Origin: the human T2T-CHM13v2.0 reference genome, Homo sapiens | NCBI RefSeq assembly: GCF_009914755.1 | Contig: NC_060930.1 | Length of the DNA: 64,000 nucleotides | Reading direction: 5' to 3' (one strand) | Shown: positions 16,892 to 57,442 of the stretch, one piece after another | Layout of the letters: every line of letters begins with the position of its first letter | Numbering within the stretch: position 1 is the first letter of the stretch | Made by a program: the position numbers and the translations under genes | The notes under the pieces: generated by a model | The model's input: only the letters and a program-made list of their open reading frames with translations | What the model was told of the DNA's origin: nothing | The model's database searches: none

Positions 16892-17288
16892 AGTCTAAGT
16901 ATCTCCTGCTTAGAAAAGTATCTCCTGCTTAGACTGCAGTGTGCACAGCACCCAGGTTACTCAACATTCATTCACCATGTACCCACTGACCCAGCACAAC
17001 AGCAGTTGGGAGTAAAAAAGAAAAAAAAAATCTTCCAGTGGCACAGCAGTCAATTCAGTCACACTTCAAGTTCTTTCTCCCCACCGGGGTTGATAGCTAC
17101 TAGGGGAGATACGGCATCTGTTTGTCTTCATCACTATGCTTCTTTCTAGAAACATCTGAGGTCGCAATGATGAAAAAATAATTTCATGGTATTTGGGTTA
17201 ATTACAAAAACCAAACTCTTCTACTATTTGTTTAGCTGTGGAACTCACACACACTCAAAGGTTTCTGAATGAAAGCTAATTCCATTCT

Positions 17289-17294
17289 TTTATT
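17289..17294 (-). terminator. Distal poly(A) signal AATAAA
   Basis: tttatt on the + strand; GT-rich tract (gtgtgtgtgag) ~35-45 nt downstream on the - strand. Confidence 0.7.
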
Positions 17295-18079
17295 TCCTCA
17301 TACCACAAACATTTCAATTTATCTGCCTTTTTACAACCTGATTTACACAAGCAAATTGCAAACGAAAACCAGGCATTCTTTAATCATCCAAAATGCATGT
17401 ATAAAATATAGAACAAACCCTAGTATTTAAACATAAACAGGGTTAGCTGAAGCAGCTTTATTGCAATCTCTTCAAGTTAGCATATTACAGTTTAAATATT
17501 TATGCCTGTAAAGATCTGCATAATCTACAATACAGAGTTATTTCAGAAGCAGTTGACTTAACTAGTTGAGAAAAAAAACAACAAACTTCAACGCAAAGCT
17601 ATAATAATTATCTGAAACTTATTTACAATTAAACATTTAGGGTCCTGATTTACAAAACTCAGTGCCTTTCATGATTTATTGATGAGTTTTATAGAGAAAG
17701 TAAGCAGTATGTAGAATATTCCCCAGGTAAAATCTGGAGTGAATGGCTTTTAGAGGAAAGTCTATCAGTATGCTTAACTAAAAACTAAAGAGTGACAAAA
17801 CTGTATACAGCAGCAATCAGAATAACAGGCCACAAGAGAAGAACGCCATTTTTGACAATATCCTTTGTATGTATAGGAAGAAAAATGATTGCCACCCCCC
17901 ACCCCTGCCGCCAACTTTTTTAGTTAAAAAAAAAAATTGTCCTTAATAATCACTACATGTGAATTCTGGGTAATAATCTCCTTTCTTTCTATAGAGTTGT
18001 GTTTAAACTTAATTCCTGCATCAGCAAATTTAAACAAAGAAAAGTTCCTTTGATAACAGCCATCAGAGTTCAATGGGTA

Positions 18080-18085
18080 TTTATT
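18080..18085 (-). terminator. Proximal poly(A) signal AATAAA
   Basis: tttatt on the + strand ~600 nt after the stop, followed by U-rich sequence on the - strand. Confidence 0.55.
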
Positions 18086-18676
18086 CAGAGGGGAAAGCTT
18101 GGGGCAAGGTGACCAAGTGATTATTCCAATTGCAAAAGAAACATCATAGATAAGGTGCTAGAAACCCAAGATTACCCTTGAAGCACTTTCAATGGATTCA
18201 AGTGATTTAATGTAGACAACAAAGGAAATGACAAAGGAAAATTAACGAGAGAAAATGTTTTTAAAGAGAAAAATTTCAATAAATCAGGTCCCAGGTAGTC
18301 TTTAAAAGAACAAAAATTTACAGTAAACATTTTAACTCTGGAATGCAAGTATTGTACAATTACCAGTACATTTACAAAACTGCTTAGACAGTAGGTTGCT
18401 CCAGAGTAAGAATTTAAAAATGTACAAGCCAGTTCATGATGACTTTAGATATGTTATTAAAATACATTGTTAATCAAAAATACTTTACTATGTACATGTA
18501 CACTGTATAAACTCTAGATTTACCTACCAAAGAAAGCCTTAATCAATTTCTGGCTCACTGGCCCAGAAAACAGTACAGTTCTATCATTTGGTCTTCATAT
18601 TATACACACGGGCTGGCTGAGAGGCATGGTACTGTAGCCAGTTCGTCAATAATGCATTTTTCTTTCTGTAGAATGT

Positions 18677-42448
<23,772 letters not shown>

Positions 42449-45400
42449 CTATTGAAAATAAAGGTGAGAAAAATTAACATTCTTCCAGACTTGTTTTCAG
42501 TGTGGCCTCCAGAAGAAAAAGGCAGGGAAACGTGAAGTCTGTAAAGGATCCACAGTAACTCCAGACAGTCACATTTGTTTACAGTACAGCACATAAGTGT
42601 TCATATGCATAATATGGAAACCTGTAGAAAGGATCAGTCAGTAGTGCCACTTCCATCCCTTCTTTCCTCTGTCCTACTTAATATCCTATGGAAAGGTCGA
42701 TACCCATTTTGACAAGCTGTACTTCAAAAAAAAGATGTGTTTTGAAGCAAAGATTCTGTAAATTGCTGTTGTAAAAAAGAAGCTGCATTTTAAAATTTAT
42801 TTCCTCAGTTGGCTTACTATAAGTTTAAGAAAGAGGTTATCTGGACATTCCAGTCAAGGTAGATTACACTTACTTACTGGCAGAGTAATAAGTAAGGTAG
42901 ATTACACTTTCATAATCCCACTACCAGTCCCACTTTTGGAGAGTTAAATCATAATCATAAATATACCGTGTGGAGAAGTTATTTGAGGGGTTTCAACAAT
43001 TTAATTTTGGTTTATCTCAAGTAATTTAAGGCAACTTCTCCACTCTGAAACCATATAAAATTTGCAATGCAGGGTGCACTAGTACATTTATTAACAATAC
43101 CTCGTGGAATTCTAGTAAAAATAAAGGACATAAACACAAAGTCAGACTTCTGGGCAGAATACAACTAGAACCTACTTTTGTTTTTCCTGAAGTTACAAGC
43201 TTTCAATCATGACAGTTGGCGTGAGCAGTGAAGATTATGAATCACTGTGTGTGATGGAAACAAAACATCCATTATCCATATATAAGTGAAAAGATACAGA
43301 ATTATTCAGGCAAGCCCTTGAAAGTACCCTTTGCACATGGCACCAATACAATTACTACAGAGGTAGGAAACTGATTCCTCACAAGGCAAACCAGGCTACA
43401 GTGTATTTGGTTTGGCCTACAATAGTAGTTTAGAAAAAATAAAAAGGCAGGCAACCGTATATCCACTATTTCCCAGATATTTCACATGTAAATCTAGGTT
43501 CTCAGTCTTAAAACAATACCCAGAAGCCCAGCACGAAGCCTGTGACTGTGTGACTGGGCTGTTTGCTTTTCAGGGGTGCACACTGTCTGCAGTTTATTCC
43601 CTTATTTATGTGTATTTCCCTGGTCTTGGAAGGCATTTGAGTCAGCCGTCCTCATCACAGAAACATTAAGGGCTAAGTAATATGATTATAAAGAGGAAAA
43701 AAATGTTAGTAACTGTAGGAGATAGCCTAGCAGATTTAAACAACAACAAAATAAACTTTCAGTTAACGTTTATTAGCTCTCATCAGAATCTTTTAGCTCA
43801 AGAAATGGAAAAGTCTGCTTGATTTGGGTACACGAACCAGAAACATGAGATCTCCACCTGCAGAATCACTCAGTGTCAGCTGACTAAAAACTAGGCTGCA
43901 GAATCTGGAACTGTTCGCAACAACAATTACAGGTTGCAAGATACCATCTATAGATCTGTGACTCCGGAACAGCTAAAACCTGGAAACAGAAAACTTGGTT
44001 GAGTCTCAGAATGGGTATGTGAAAAGATACAAGTTAATCTTTAAATAAGCATAATGAGAAAGGATATGCTTTCATATATGAATCCTAATCTTCAAACCCA
44101 GCATGCAAAAGCAGGCTTGATTACCCATTTCACAGGTGGGCAAAGGGGCTCAGAGAGGTAAGCTACTCAAGGCCACAAGTGTCAGGCAGAGATTTGAAGC
44201 CAGCCCCGTCTGGCCTCAAGGCCCAGCACACCTTGCTGCTAGGGCTGTAGAGGATGCCAATCTTGGTAAGTGAAGATAAGCTTTTTATAAAATTGTTATA
44301 ACCTATATGAAGCAGGGAAAAGTTATAATACTGGATGAAACTATCTCAAATTGATTATGCTTTCATTTCATGGAAGGGGTCCTAACATTATATCATGGAA
44401 GCTGGGCTGTAACAATAGTTACAGTCATAGATTTTAACAGATGAACTGGCCCATCCCTCAGGCCCAGGACGGAACCCACTTACTCTGTGTAGCATTCCTA
44501 ACTCTCCCAGCTAGGAGGAAATGTTCCTTCTTCAGTACTTCCTCCTTCACTCACTTAGACTCCAACTCATCTGCCTGGCATCTGCTACTGGAATTAAGTT
44601 ATTTGCTTAACTAGAAAACATGCTTCCTAAAGAAAGTCTAAGAGATACTTCCTTGCTTACTGAGTGCATCATTTATTTTTTACCAAATGAGCAAGAACTT
44701 GTAGCAATTATATAAACTAAGTTGCAATAACTTTAATTGTTAGTTTCCTAACTTTGAAAAAAATTGAAATCCTTAGTTTTCAAATTCACTCTTAGCCCAC
44801 AAGTTTAAAACATGGGTAGGGCAAAAGAACAAAAAGTTAAAGCTCATTCTGAGTTTTAAATATCAGTTTTAAATGCCAAACGGATGACATTTAAAATGTT
44901 AACAAACCAAACTCTCCTCAATTAAAGTATAATCACTTCATGATCTCATTAAGCAAATGAAACAGAAAAACATCAGAATATTTACCAAATGAGAAAGAAA
45001 ACCAAATTTACTTTTCAATAGAATAATCATCAGTTGGAAGCCTCAAGAATTTCCTGACGGTTTTTCAAACTAAAATGTAATGCCTTCTGAAGTGCTCCTT
45101 CTCTGCAGTCACCTTGAACTTTCTGCACTAGTCCTCAAAGAGGTTCTTCAAACTTTTAGCTTTTTGTTAAACACCCCCACCACCTCAACACATTTATGTT
45201 TATTTCCGATTAGAGCCTGTCTATATGAGCATTCTGAATCGTAACTGCATATTTAAAAGTCAAACTAGAGCTGAAATGGGGTTTGACGCAATAACCGAGA
45301 TGATTGGTGATAATAAAAAGTGATACATTAAGACAACGATTTTCCAATATAAAACATCTAAAGCCCCAATAAATTATTTTATGATTTCTGGATTGTATCC

Positions 45401-46437
45401 CCATTCTAAACTTCATTTTTGAATCCAAAGGATAAGAGGAACAACATACAAAAGAAAATAATAAAACAGATGCCTTTCTGTATCACAACACTGATTCCAA
45501 GGATAAAACTGTATCAGCTTACTAACTTTGAATAGCATCTAGGCTGTAAACCCAGAATTGCAGCAACATCAAATATATTTATGTACTTTACACATATATA
45601 CAACTCCAAAAGCATACATACCCAAAGAGCATTATAAATGGGTTGCAGAGTGACCAATTTAAACTTGTGCAATTAACATATCATCTTGGAAGTAGGGGAA
45701 AAAAATACCCACCGACCTCTATTCTCTGCAATACACAGGTCACAATGCCCTGAAGGTGACTCTGGGATACTGTTTTTTGGCACCCATCAGTTATCCTTTT
45801 AATTGAGGGAGAAGAGACCCAATAAAAAAATGCCTGACCACTCTGCAAGACATTCAGATTTTAAATGTGCACTATTTTTACAAATGAAAATTAAAATCTC
45901 TTAGACTTCTAGTGCTAAAAGGCTAAATTTTATCCTACTAGAATAAAAACCACTATTCTCAGCTGTCAAATCAAGGACAAAGACACATATAAAAGACCAG
46001 AATAAAAGTCATTAATACACTACTATCCCTGAGCTGTTGAACCAAGGACAAAGACACATACAAAAGGCTAGTATGTACTTTGCTTTGTGTGTGAAATAGT
46101 GTTGCTAGGAAAACTCCAGACACAGTAATCCAAGTCATTTAATGCAGGTTTAAACAAGGGTGAGGTACTTTTATGTTAATCTGAAATTAGGCCAACAAAA
46201 ACAAAGAATTTTAACTGAGGCGATGTAAGTACTCAGTACAATGCTGAATATACAGCAGACAGAGAAATACCTGTGACAATGAAGTTTAAGGGTAAATACA
46301 AGCTTTTAGGATTTAAGTCTTTAAATGGCATTTACCACTAGCATAAGATAAAAATTTTCTTTTCTTGCTTTTAAAAACTTTTGATACTCTACCTTAAGGG
46401 TAAGAGTTTCAGGGAGCTTAGAATTTGAGGAATGGCA

Positions 46438-46771
<334 letters not shown>

Positions 46772-49700
46772 CTAATTTCTTAATATCTACTCCTAGAGGT
46801 AAAAACAATGCTTAATTAGGAAACAATACAGTTCTATAATACTCAGAGCAGTTACAGGCAGTTCCCCATTTAGGGAGAAAGTTCTTTTGTCAGTTTCTCT
46901 GTAAATGAGAAGGAAGGAATTTTCCCTCTCAAACTATTTAACCCATCATATGCTTGACCTCTGAAGAGAAGAAACCTACACCAAGCCCTTCAGGGACTAT
47001 GAGCTGTGAGGTCCTACATTCCTCCCAGAGACAGCATGAGGACTTTCCCCTCCTTACACCCTGGGAAGGATCTCTATCCAGGTGGTCAGGCCAAGGAGGG
47101 CAAGACAGTGAAGGGCTCCCCAGGACCTAGTCCAGGTAGAGTATGCGTGCAGGGCAGGGTCTTCAGACCCCTACTGACATCTGGGGTTCAGGGCCAGCTC
47201 CTCCATTCCACACTGCTGGCTCTCTTGCAATGGCCCAAACAATAGTTTTGATCCTTTTGCTAGAACCAACTGTTGCTTCTCAGAGACTTAGTTTTCTCCT
47301 TACACTAACTCCTAAACAAGCCTGCAACCATTTTGAGGACTAAGGCTCTAGTTAGAGTTGATGACTACTCAGTGCCAAAAAACACTGTCTTGCTGGACAC
47401 GCTCCCTGCCCCCCACCCCCAGCACTAACCCCTTTGTCCTTTCATCCATTCAACAAAGCTCTTTGCTAAGCAGGTGCTGGGAATACTGTGAAGAGCCAGG
47501 CAGATGTGGCTCCTGTTCTCAGGCTTACACTGGCTGGACTGACAGCCAATAACACGCTATTGCTGAATTATCTGAACGAGTGCTCAAAATGACCAAAGAG
47601 AGCTGTGCATATGTAACAGCACAGTCTAAGCCGGTCTAGAAGATCAGAAGGCTTCCCAGAGGAAGTGCCATTTAAATTTAAGTTGATTCCTTACATGGGG
47701 ACTGGCTAGGCAAAGGTGAGGGTCTAGGGATCCTTCAACATAAAATTCAACCTCCCATAGGATCCCGTCCCCCAGGGGAGCTGCACCACTGACTGCAGCA
47801 CAATCACCCTCTCGCCTGTCAAAGACGCAGATCACTGCATCCACCCCACAGAGATCATGCCAAGTAGTCACCCTCTAGGTTATAAACTGTTTTAAAGTTA
47901 GGGACTCAATGCCTTCTGCCCAGAAGACTGTTTCCTCTCACAGCAAAATGGTAATGACAAATTTTTTTTTAAAAGAAATCTCAACCATCAAGTTGGATGG
48001 CATTCACTTCCCAAACTTGGAGCACCCAAAGAGGTGTTAGCCATAGTGATGCTACTTAATTTTTAAACACCCACAGTAACATAGGACAACCTGACTGACA
48101 AGACTAAAAGAGGAGCTGTGTTTTAAAAAGTAGAAAACTGAATATGAGATTCTAATACAGATGTAATAAAATTACATATGGCTCAGATTTTTAAAGATGG
48201 ACTCCCATGTTAGATATGTCTAATGATGACATCACAAATAGGAAAACCACTGTTTGACATGGTAATCTCCAAGCACTTTTAGGGGACCAGTAAGTACAAA
48301 GTAGAAACTGTATGTGCTTTTGTGTACATGACATTATACATACATAACATCACACACACAACTATATTTTAAACATATATATTTGATGATTTAAATATAT
48401 ATATATTTGATGACTGTGGATACTGTAATAATTAAATTGTTCTATGTTCCAAAAAGAAAATGTTTTAGCAGTTTTGTCTAAAGCTGTATCAAATTCTGCT
48501 AACATTTCATATATTTTGAGAAAATAGGTTTTTTTCCTCCTACTTTGAAATGTCTATTCATACTAAAGAATTTCACATGATACTATGAAAGGTTTACACT
48601 TTTAGAAATTAAAATAAATGTGGCCTCTCCCTGATCTAGTTTTCTGTAGCACAGAGCAGGCTGCTTTTTATTTATAACACATTAATCTCAATTTTAATAC
48701 TGCACAAAAATCAATTAATTTCCTATAGGATTAGGTGGAGTAACTTTCTCAATATTGTCTCAGCCCAAACAGAGAAAACATTCTTAACTTGCCTAGATTA
48801 GTGATATGAGTCCCAAGAGAAAAATTTCAAGACTTTAATAAAATAGAGAAAGACAGTGAGAGTTGCGGGGTAAACTGGGAGGACTCTCATACAGGGAGAA
48901 AATGTCACCTGTCACCAAAGGAACACAAAAAATTGTGTTGTCCATTATGCTAGTCACTAAGCACATGTGGCTGTGTGGATTTAAAATTACTTAACATAAA
49001 ATAAAAAAATCAGTTTCCTACTCCCTAATGGATAGTATAGAGTAGAACATTTCTCTTACTGCAGAGGTTGTACTAGACAGCACTGGACCAAAACCCAAGA
49101 GAAAACACAATCCTAAAATTAATTTGACCTGGACACACTAATTCATTATTGTTGGCACAAAGGAAATCCTTGAATGTAGACCTGCTCTTTCATGCTCCAC
49201 GGATGCATGAGACATTTTCTGGGCCTCTGAATTTACATTGGTTGATTTTTTTAAAAACATCATGCTACCACAATTCAGGCATATGTTAGTTTTAATTTTC
49301 TGATAATTATAAAGACCATTAAGGCATTCCTACTTTATTTCTGAACCAAATCTAGCAAAACCTAACCAGTCATCTCACACAAATTAACCTCAGAAAAGAC
49401 AGCACATCAAGTTGCCAATGGGGATGTCTGCTTATGGCCACCAGCATTACTCAGGTACTCTGTAATTTAGAAACCTAAACCAGAACACATTTTCTCTTAA
49501 AGAAACAACATTGTAAGTATGAATAGTCCTTATTTACCTCCAATCATCTGTACTTCAGTACAATAGGTTCTGAGTTCTAAAGACAAATGAATTCCTTGGC
49601 TTTTTCCTAAGAACGTATTCCCCTGCTAGAGTTCTAGTCACCACGTGGTTGACAAGAAACAGTATCCTGATCCCCAGACAGAAGCTGCTTTGGATCAACT

Positions 49701-50884
49701 GCCCTGCAGTAGCCAGAGCTGGGGCACTGTAGTGGGTGAGAATCATGGAGAATTTCTGCAGCGGTTCCCTCTAGGTGCAGGAGAGTTTAGGGCTTTAGCA
49801 TGGGGACAAGACAGAGAACACATCCCCCAGTGGGCGGTGCCCCGCTCAGGGCCTGATACACTTCTTGGGCTGAGCAAGCAAGAATGCACACATGATTTCC
49901 TTCTAAGGCATGTTATAAATTAGGCTGCCCTAAATTCAGACTGCCTATGAGAAATTCAGGATTTTAGTTCCTAGGAACTGAAGTTAGACTAATCAACCTA
50001 ACAGAGAGAAAAAAGAGAGTTTTCTAAAGAGACTAAGTGAGAGTCAATGCTAAATACAGGAATTCTAAGTCCAAAGTGACTGCTAGTGCTCACTGGGGGT
50101 CACCTATGCCTCCAGGGACAGGACGACAGGGCTTCAAGACCTCCAAGTTTAATGCCATTCCACCATCATACGAATCTGAGTGCAGACACTGTGTCATAAC
50201 CACATCTCACAAAGGCAGCATCAGGTTCCCATTCAGGAATCGTACCTGGGTGTTATAGTGGATCCCACCAACAGAGTAACTGTAACCTGTGGGATTTGGA
50301 AGATTTAGGTTTTTGTGAATTCAATCTCCTTCCCTGCCATATTTGAAATTCATGCTAAAGGATGAAAATCTCAGATAAGTTAAAGCTCCTGACTTGGGGT
50401 TCTGATTCTGGCCTGCTACCTGCTGCCCTGGGAAGAGATCGACACAGGCTGCATAACTATCAAATGAGGTCAGCCTGATTTTCATAGAAAGGGCTCGTCC
50501 TGCATCTGCCTTTTCACAGGGCTCGCTTGCCAGCAGATTAGCTGGGAAGGCTGCAGTCACATTACTAAACTTGTTAGCATTTGTCCTGCAGACCGAGAAT
50601 TTTACCAAGCATATTCAATGGTGTCGTTTTGAAAGAGTGCTGGCATTTCACTAGAAGAGAATTACCTGCTATGGGGTACCAAAAAATGCTTAAGCATGGA
50701 TCTGTGGCTGATGACATATTCATATTTTCATTAAAAAACAAAAAGCCTACTTCCTGCATTACCACCATCCCTTTCTCTATTCTTTCTTCTCTTCCTCGCC
50801 ACCCTCAATCTCATCTCTGTTTGGAGCCTATTAAAACTGTCACAGAGCTCTTTTCCTCCTGCCTATTTGGGCGGTAATAGGTGG

Positions 50885-51075
50885 GGGAGCAGCTAAGAGT
50901 GCAGGCTTTGGAGTCAATCAGTTTGAATCTTGGTAACTTCTCGATGCTTCAGTTTTTGCAGAATGGAGGTAATACTTGCCTCACAGGGCTGCTGGGGAGG
51001 ATTACATAAAACAATGCATGTAAAGTGCTAAAACAGTATTAAGTACACTGTACCACTCAGGGGTTAGTGGTTACT
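50885..51075. mobile_element. MIR
   Basis: ggctttggagtca...cctcacagggctg...gtaaagtgct. Confidence 0.7.
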
Positions 51076-53658
51076 ATTTTCTAGCTCCAGGGCAGTGATA
51101 CACTGATTGACACAGAATAGTGTCTTGTGTTTCTCAAACATTGGTTACAGCTCCTTTGTGGGCCATGATGAGTTGTGATCAACATAACAAAAAATAATCG
51201 TTAATAGGGTAGAATAGAAATATCAGAATATGTCACTCATGGGAAGGGAACTGCTGTTTCGTGGAAATGTTGTTTCACAGAGCGCTTGTTTTAGTCAAAG
51301 GTGAAAGCTACTGGCATGGAATGCTGTCTAACCCTACAGTCAGGAAGACCATGGTCCTTCAGCAAGCAGGTCAAGTCACTCTCCTTGAAACTCTTAAATG
51401 GCTCACACTCAGCAGAAACTCCAACATCCCTCCTAAAGAGCATTAGGACCAATCTTCTCAGCCTCCTTCATTTCAACCCACCCCACACGATGTTGCAGCT
51501 ACACTGGCCTTTTCTGTCTCTACAACAATCACTTCAAGGCCTTTAAGACACTTTTGTTCCCTCTGCCTGGAAGATTTTTACCTCAGTATTTCAAGAGCTG
51601 GCTCTTGTGTGCTTCAAGTCAAGTGCCACTCCTTCAGAGACCTTTGCTGAACCCCCAACACTGTAACTCCTTCCCCTTTCCACCCTCAAGGGGTGCTACC
51701 CACCCTGGTGCCTCCTAAAGTTGTACAAGGTATTTATCCTGCCCAGAGCAGCCTTAATTTTCCCTAATGATAGCCACTTAGAATGTGTTGTAGTCTTTGG
51801 CTTTTAAATCATCTGAAAATAAGAGAAAACCCAATGTCCCTTCCAGTTCTAAACTACTGTTTTTGAAATTAAAGTCTTCCAGAAACTCTTAGTATAAGAC
51901 CATCATTTTTCTTTCACTCATCAAACACAGAACATTCATTTTATTGAAATTAATTTTCTTATTACCCAAAACTTACCCCTTTAGAGCATATGTTTTCTTT
52001 AAAAAGTTTACATATACGTGAGTGGAAATCTTTCTAAAATTGACTATCTGCTATCAATAGGAAGATACTACACATACTTTCACTTTTTATTAGGGCTTCA
52101 GATGTTTTTGGCAATTTCACTTCTTTAACTACAGCTATAACAGGGCAGGGCCCTTGTGGGCATATCAGAAGGCCACATCTGGACCTGCTTTGGGCAGCTC
52201 CTCTCTCGACTGCGCCCTCTCATTTCTGCCTCAATTTCTTGCAGTACATCCTGAGCTGAGATACTAAATGACCGAGTCTGCAGGAACTATGTATAAAGCG
52301 ATCTGCGTATAGGCCTCAAATATGCTTCCAGGAATAAAGTTTTTGTTTACTTCCCAGTTCTTGCTCTATTTGAGTAGTGGAGCCAACAGATCATAACCCC
52401 TAGACACAACTTAACACACTGGCAGGCCAGGGTACTACCCTGCTTAGCTCAGGCAGGACTGCTGAAAAGTCTGCTGGAAAACAGCAGCTTCTATGACCTT
52501 TTCTATCTCTGTGAAGCTCTGGTTCCCCTCCAGCAGTTAATCTGAATGGGGCAGACTTACAACCCAGATTTTTACTAGTTTCCTGGAAAAGCGTCATGGA
52601 GTCACTCACCTTAGAGTCTGAATTCTGCTAAGTCACCATCCACTTCAAAAACGAGTTAACTGAATCCAAAGGCCTAAAAACAGAATCTTGGGGGAGGGGG
52701 ACAAAGACAACAGGGGGTCTGTAAGAGCATTTATGTAACTAGGAACATCTGTTTTGGGGGCTCTTTCGTAGTATTGTGTGGAAATAAGTTCAACTACTAA
52801 ACTCTAACCATAAAACAGACACAAAAATCTAATACAGAAAGCTCTTTAGAGATCATCCATCAGAGTAGAACCTTAGTCATAGAAACTCGCTCAGAACATA
52901 CCAATCTAAATAACCAAACTTTCCAAGTGCCAATAAAGATATATCAAATATGAACTCTTTTGGCTATAAGTCTGAGGCTCATTACATCCTTCTCTGTCTT
53001 TTTAAACCATGTCTGAGAAACAGAACCATTAAGTGGAGATTAAGTCATCACTCATTCAGTTTCACTACACACCAGTGATAACTTAGCCACACAGATATTA
53101 CCAAAGTGACCCAAACTCATATGCTGTCCCAGTGCAGGCCTGTCTCCTTCTAAAAACTATCATCAAGATTTCAAACATCATATGAAATGTAAAAACATGC
53201 ATGGGGGCTTTGTGGCATTTATTTTGATCTGACACCAACTTTTGCTATTCTCCCAAATCCTTAATATGTTCAGATATGTTGTTGCCAGACGCCCCCAGTA
53301 CCTGCCCAACTGGCAAATCCAGAGGCTTCTTGTCCTTCCCCACCTCTTGAAAGCCTGCCATCATTCTTCCTACACACAGCAATACTACTAACTCCCACAT
53401 CAAATTTCTAGGAAATTAATTAAGATTACTTTTTCAGTTGATGGTAAAGTATGTAATCTCAAAGAAAATGCTGAAACCTGAAAGGTTGCAGGGGGAATGA
53501 ATTCTACCACTTCTGGTAGAATTTACCGATTTTCATAAGTTACAGAGTATTAAGTATTAAGGTATTCTGAAACAATTAAAAATTGTTAAAAAATACAACT
53601 AAAAGAATCTATATATATAAACATGCAATTCAAAACACCAAATGATAGGGTTTTTTAA

Positions 53659-54068
<410 letters not shown>

Positions 54069-54329
54069 TGATCTTCAGACTAAAGCTCATTAATAAAATG
54101 TATGTCGACTTTGAAACTAATTGTGTTTTTACCAAATATCCAGTCACAGGATGATAACAGAGATACTAAATGATGAAAACTATGGCTTAAGAGCAAAGAA
54201 AATCCTGACCTTTTAAAAACTTGGCTAAATCTTGGGTGCTGGCAAGTATCTTATAAACCACAATGATAGCCAGCTTTGGACAAAGTTTACAGACAAAGGA
54301 GAACACAGCTAAAAGGATAGAAAAAGTGG

Positions 54330-56395
<2,066 letters not shown>

Positions 56396-57442
56396 TTTTT
56401 TTAAAAACACCTGATTATATCATGAAATGTAGAAACAGAGTACTAATTAGCAAGCTCGTTAGGATATGGTCTTTCCAGTAATACCAGCAATATCAGTAAT
56501 GCTTCATATACAGTTTTCTAACTTTAAGAATATATTCAGATGCCTTGACAGTATGTAAAAATGTTCAGAAACATAAATAGTGATGTTAGAGGCTCAATTA
56601 ATATTGTGACATCTTTTCTGAACATACAGAGTCTTACTGAATGTTACTCAGGTTTATGCTTCAAAATGAAACTACAGACAGTACCAATCAATGAGTACAT
56701 CTGCTAATACCATACTTCTAGACAGTAGGGTCTTAACATGGAGGAATTCAACCATGATATGGTAGGTCACAGTAACTGATAAGTCTTAAAAGATTTTTTC
56801 TGTAGGAGATAGGTATAGAAGACTAATACACTTTTTTTCGATTCTACTTTTCTCATGCTTTTAAAGTACAACATAACCTCTACTTTTTGAGAACTAGACA
56901 AAGACTTCTACAAGCTGGCTAAACCTATTCACTGCATTTACAACACTAAACTGCACAATAACCTTCACATACTATCCAATGGTATTTCTCACCTTTCCTC
57001 CTTTGTTACACTGTTCTTTTGACCATAATGCCTTCCTTTCTCCCCTTCATCTAATTAATGACCACACACTCTTTAAGGCAGTTTCTCAAAGGTGGTGTCT
57101 GAAGGAAAACCAGAATCAACTGAAGTGCTCTCCCCCTCTCTCTCTAGCATACACGCATGCACACACGTGCAAAGGGCACAAGGGAACTTCTGGGGGTGGG
57201 TAGGGGTTAACGGACAATAAATGCTGTTGAATCAATGTCCAGTGACAGCTAAAAAAGATAGAGAGATGCGACAACTTTGCTTTTTGTGTTACAGAATACG
57301 CTATGACCTATAGAAGGAACCTGAATCTTTGTAATGCCTATTAAGAAATAATTAATTTGTGCTCTATATCTTATTTTAAGAAGCCTAGCCTGAGCCTGTG
57401 TCAATGCGTTTTTGAAGCGCAACTTAGAAATACGATCTAAAC

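Larger units (their letters stand above)
17265..18676 (-). other. GCLC: GCLC 3' UTR (~1.4 kb; the end is approximate)
   Basis: AU-rich, repeat-free sequence after the stop codon, ending near the distal AATAAA with a GU-rich downstream element. Confidence 0.8.
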
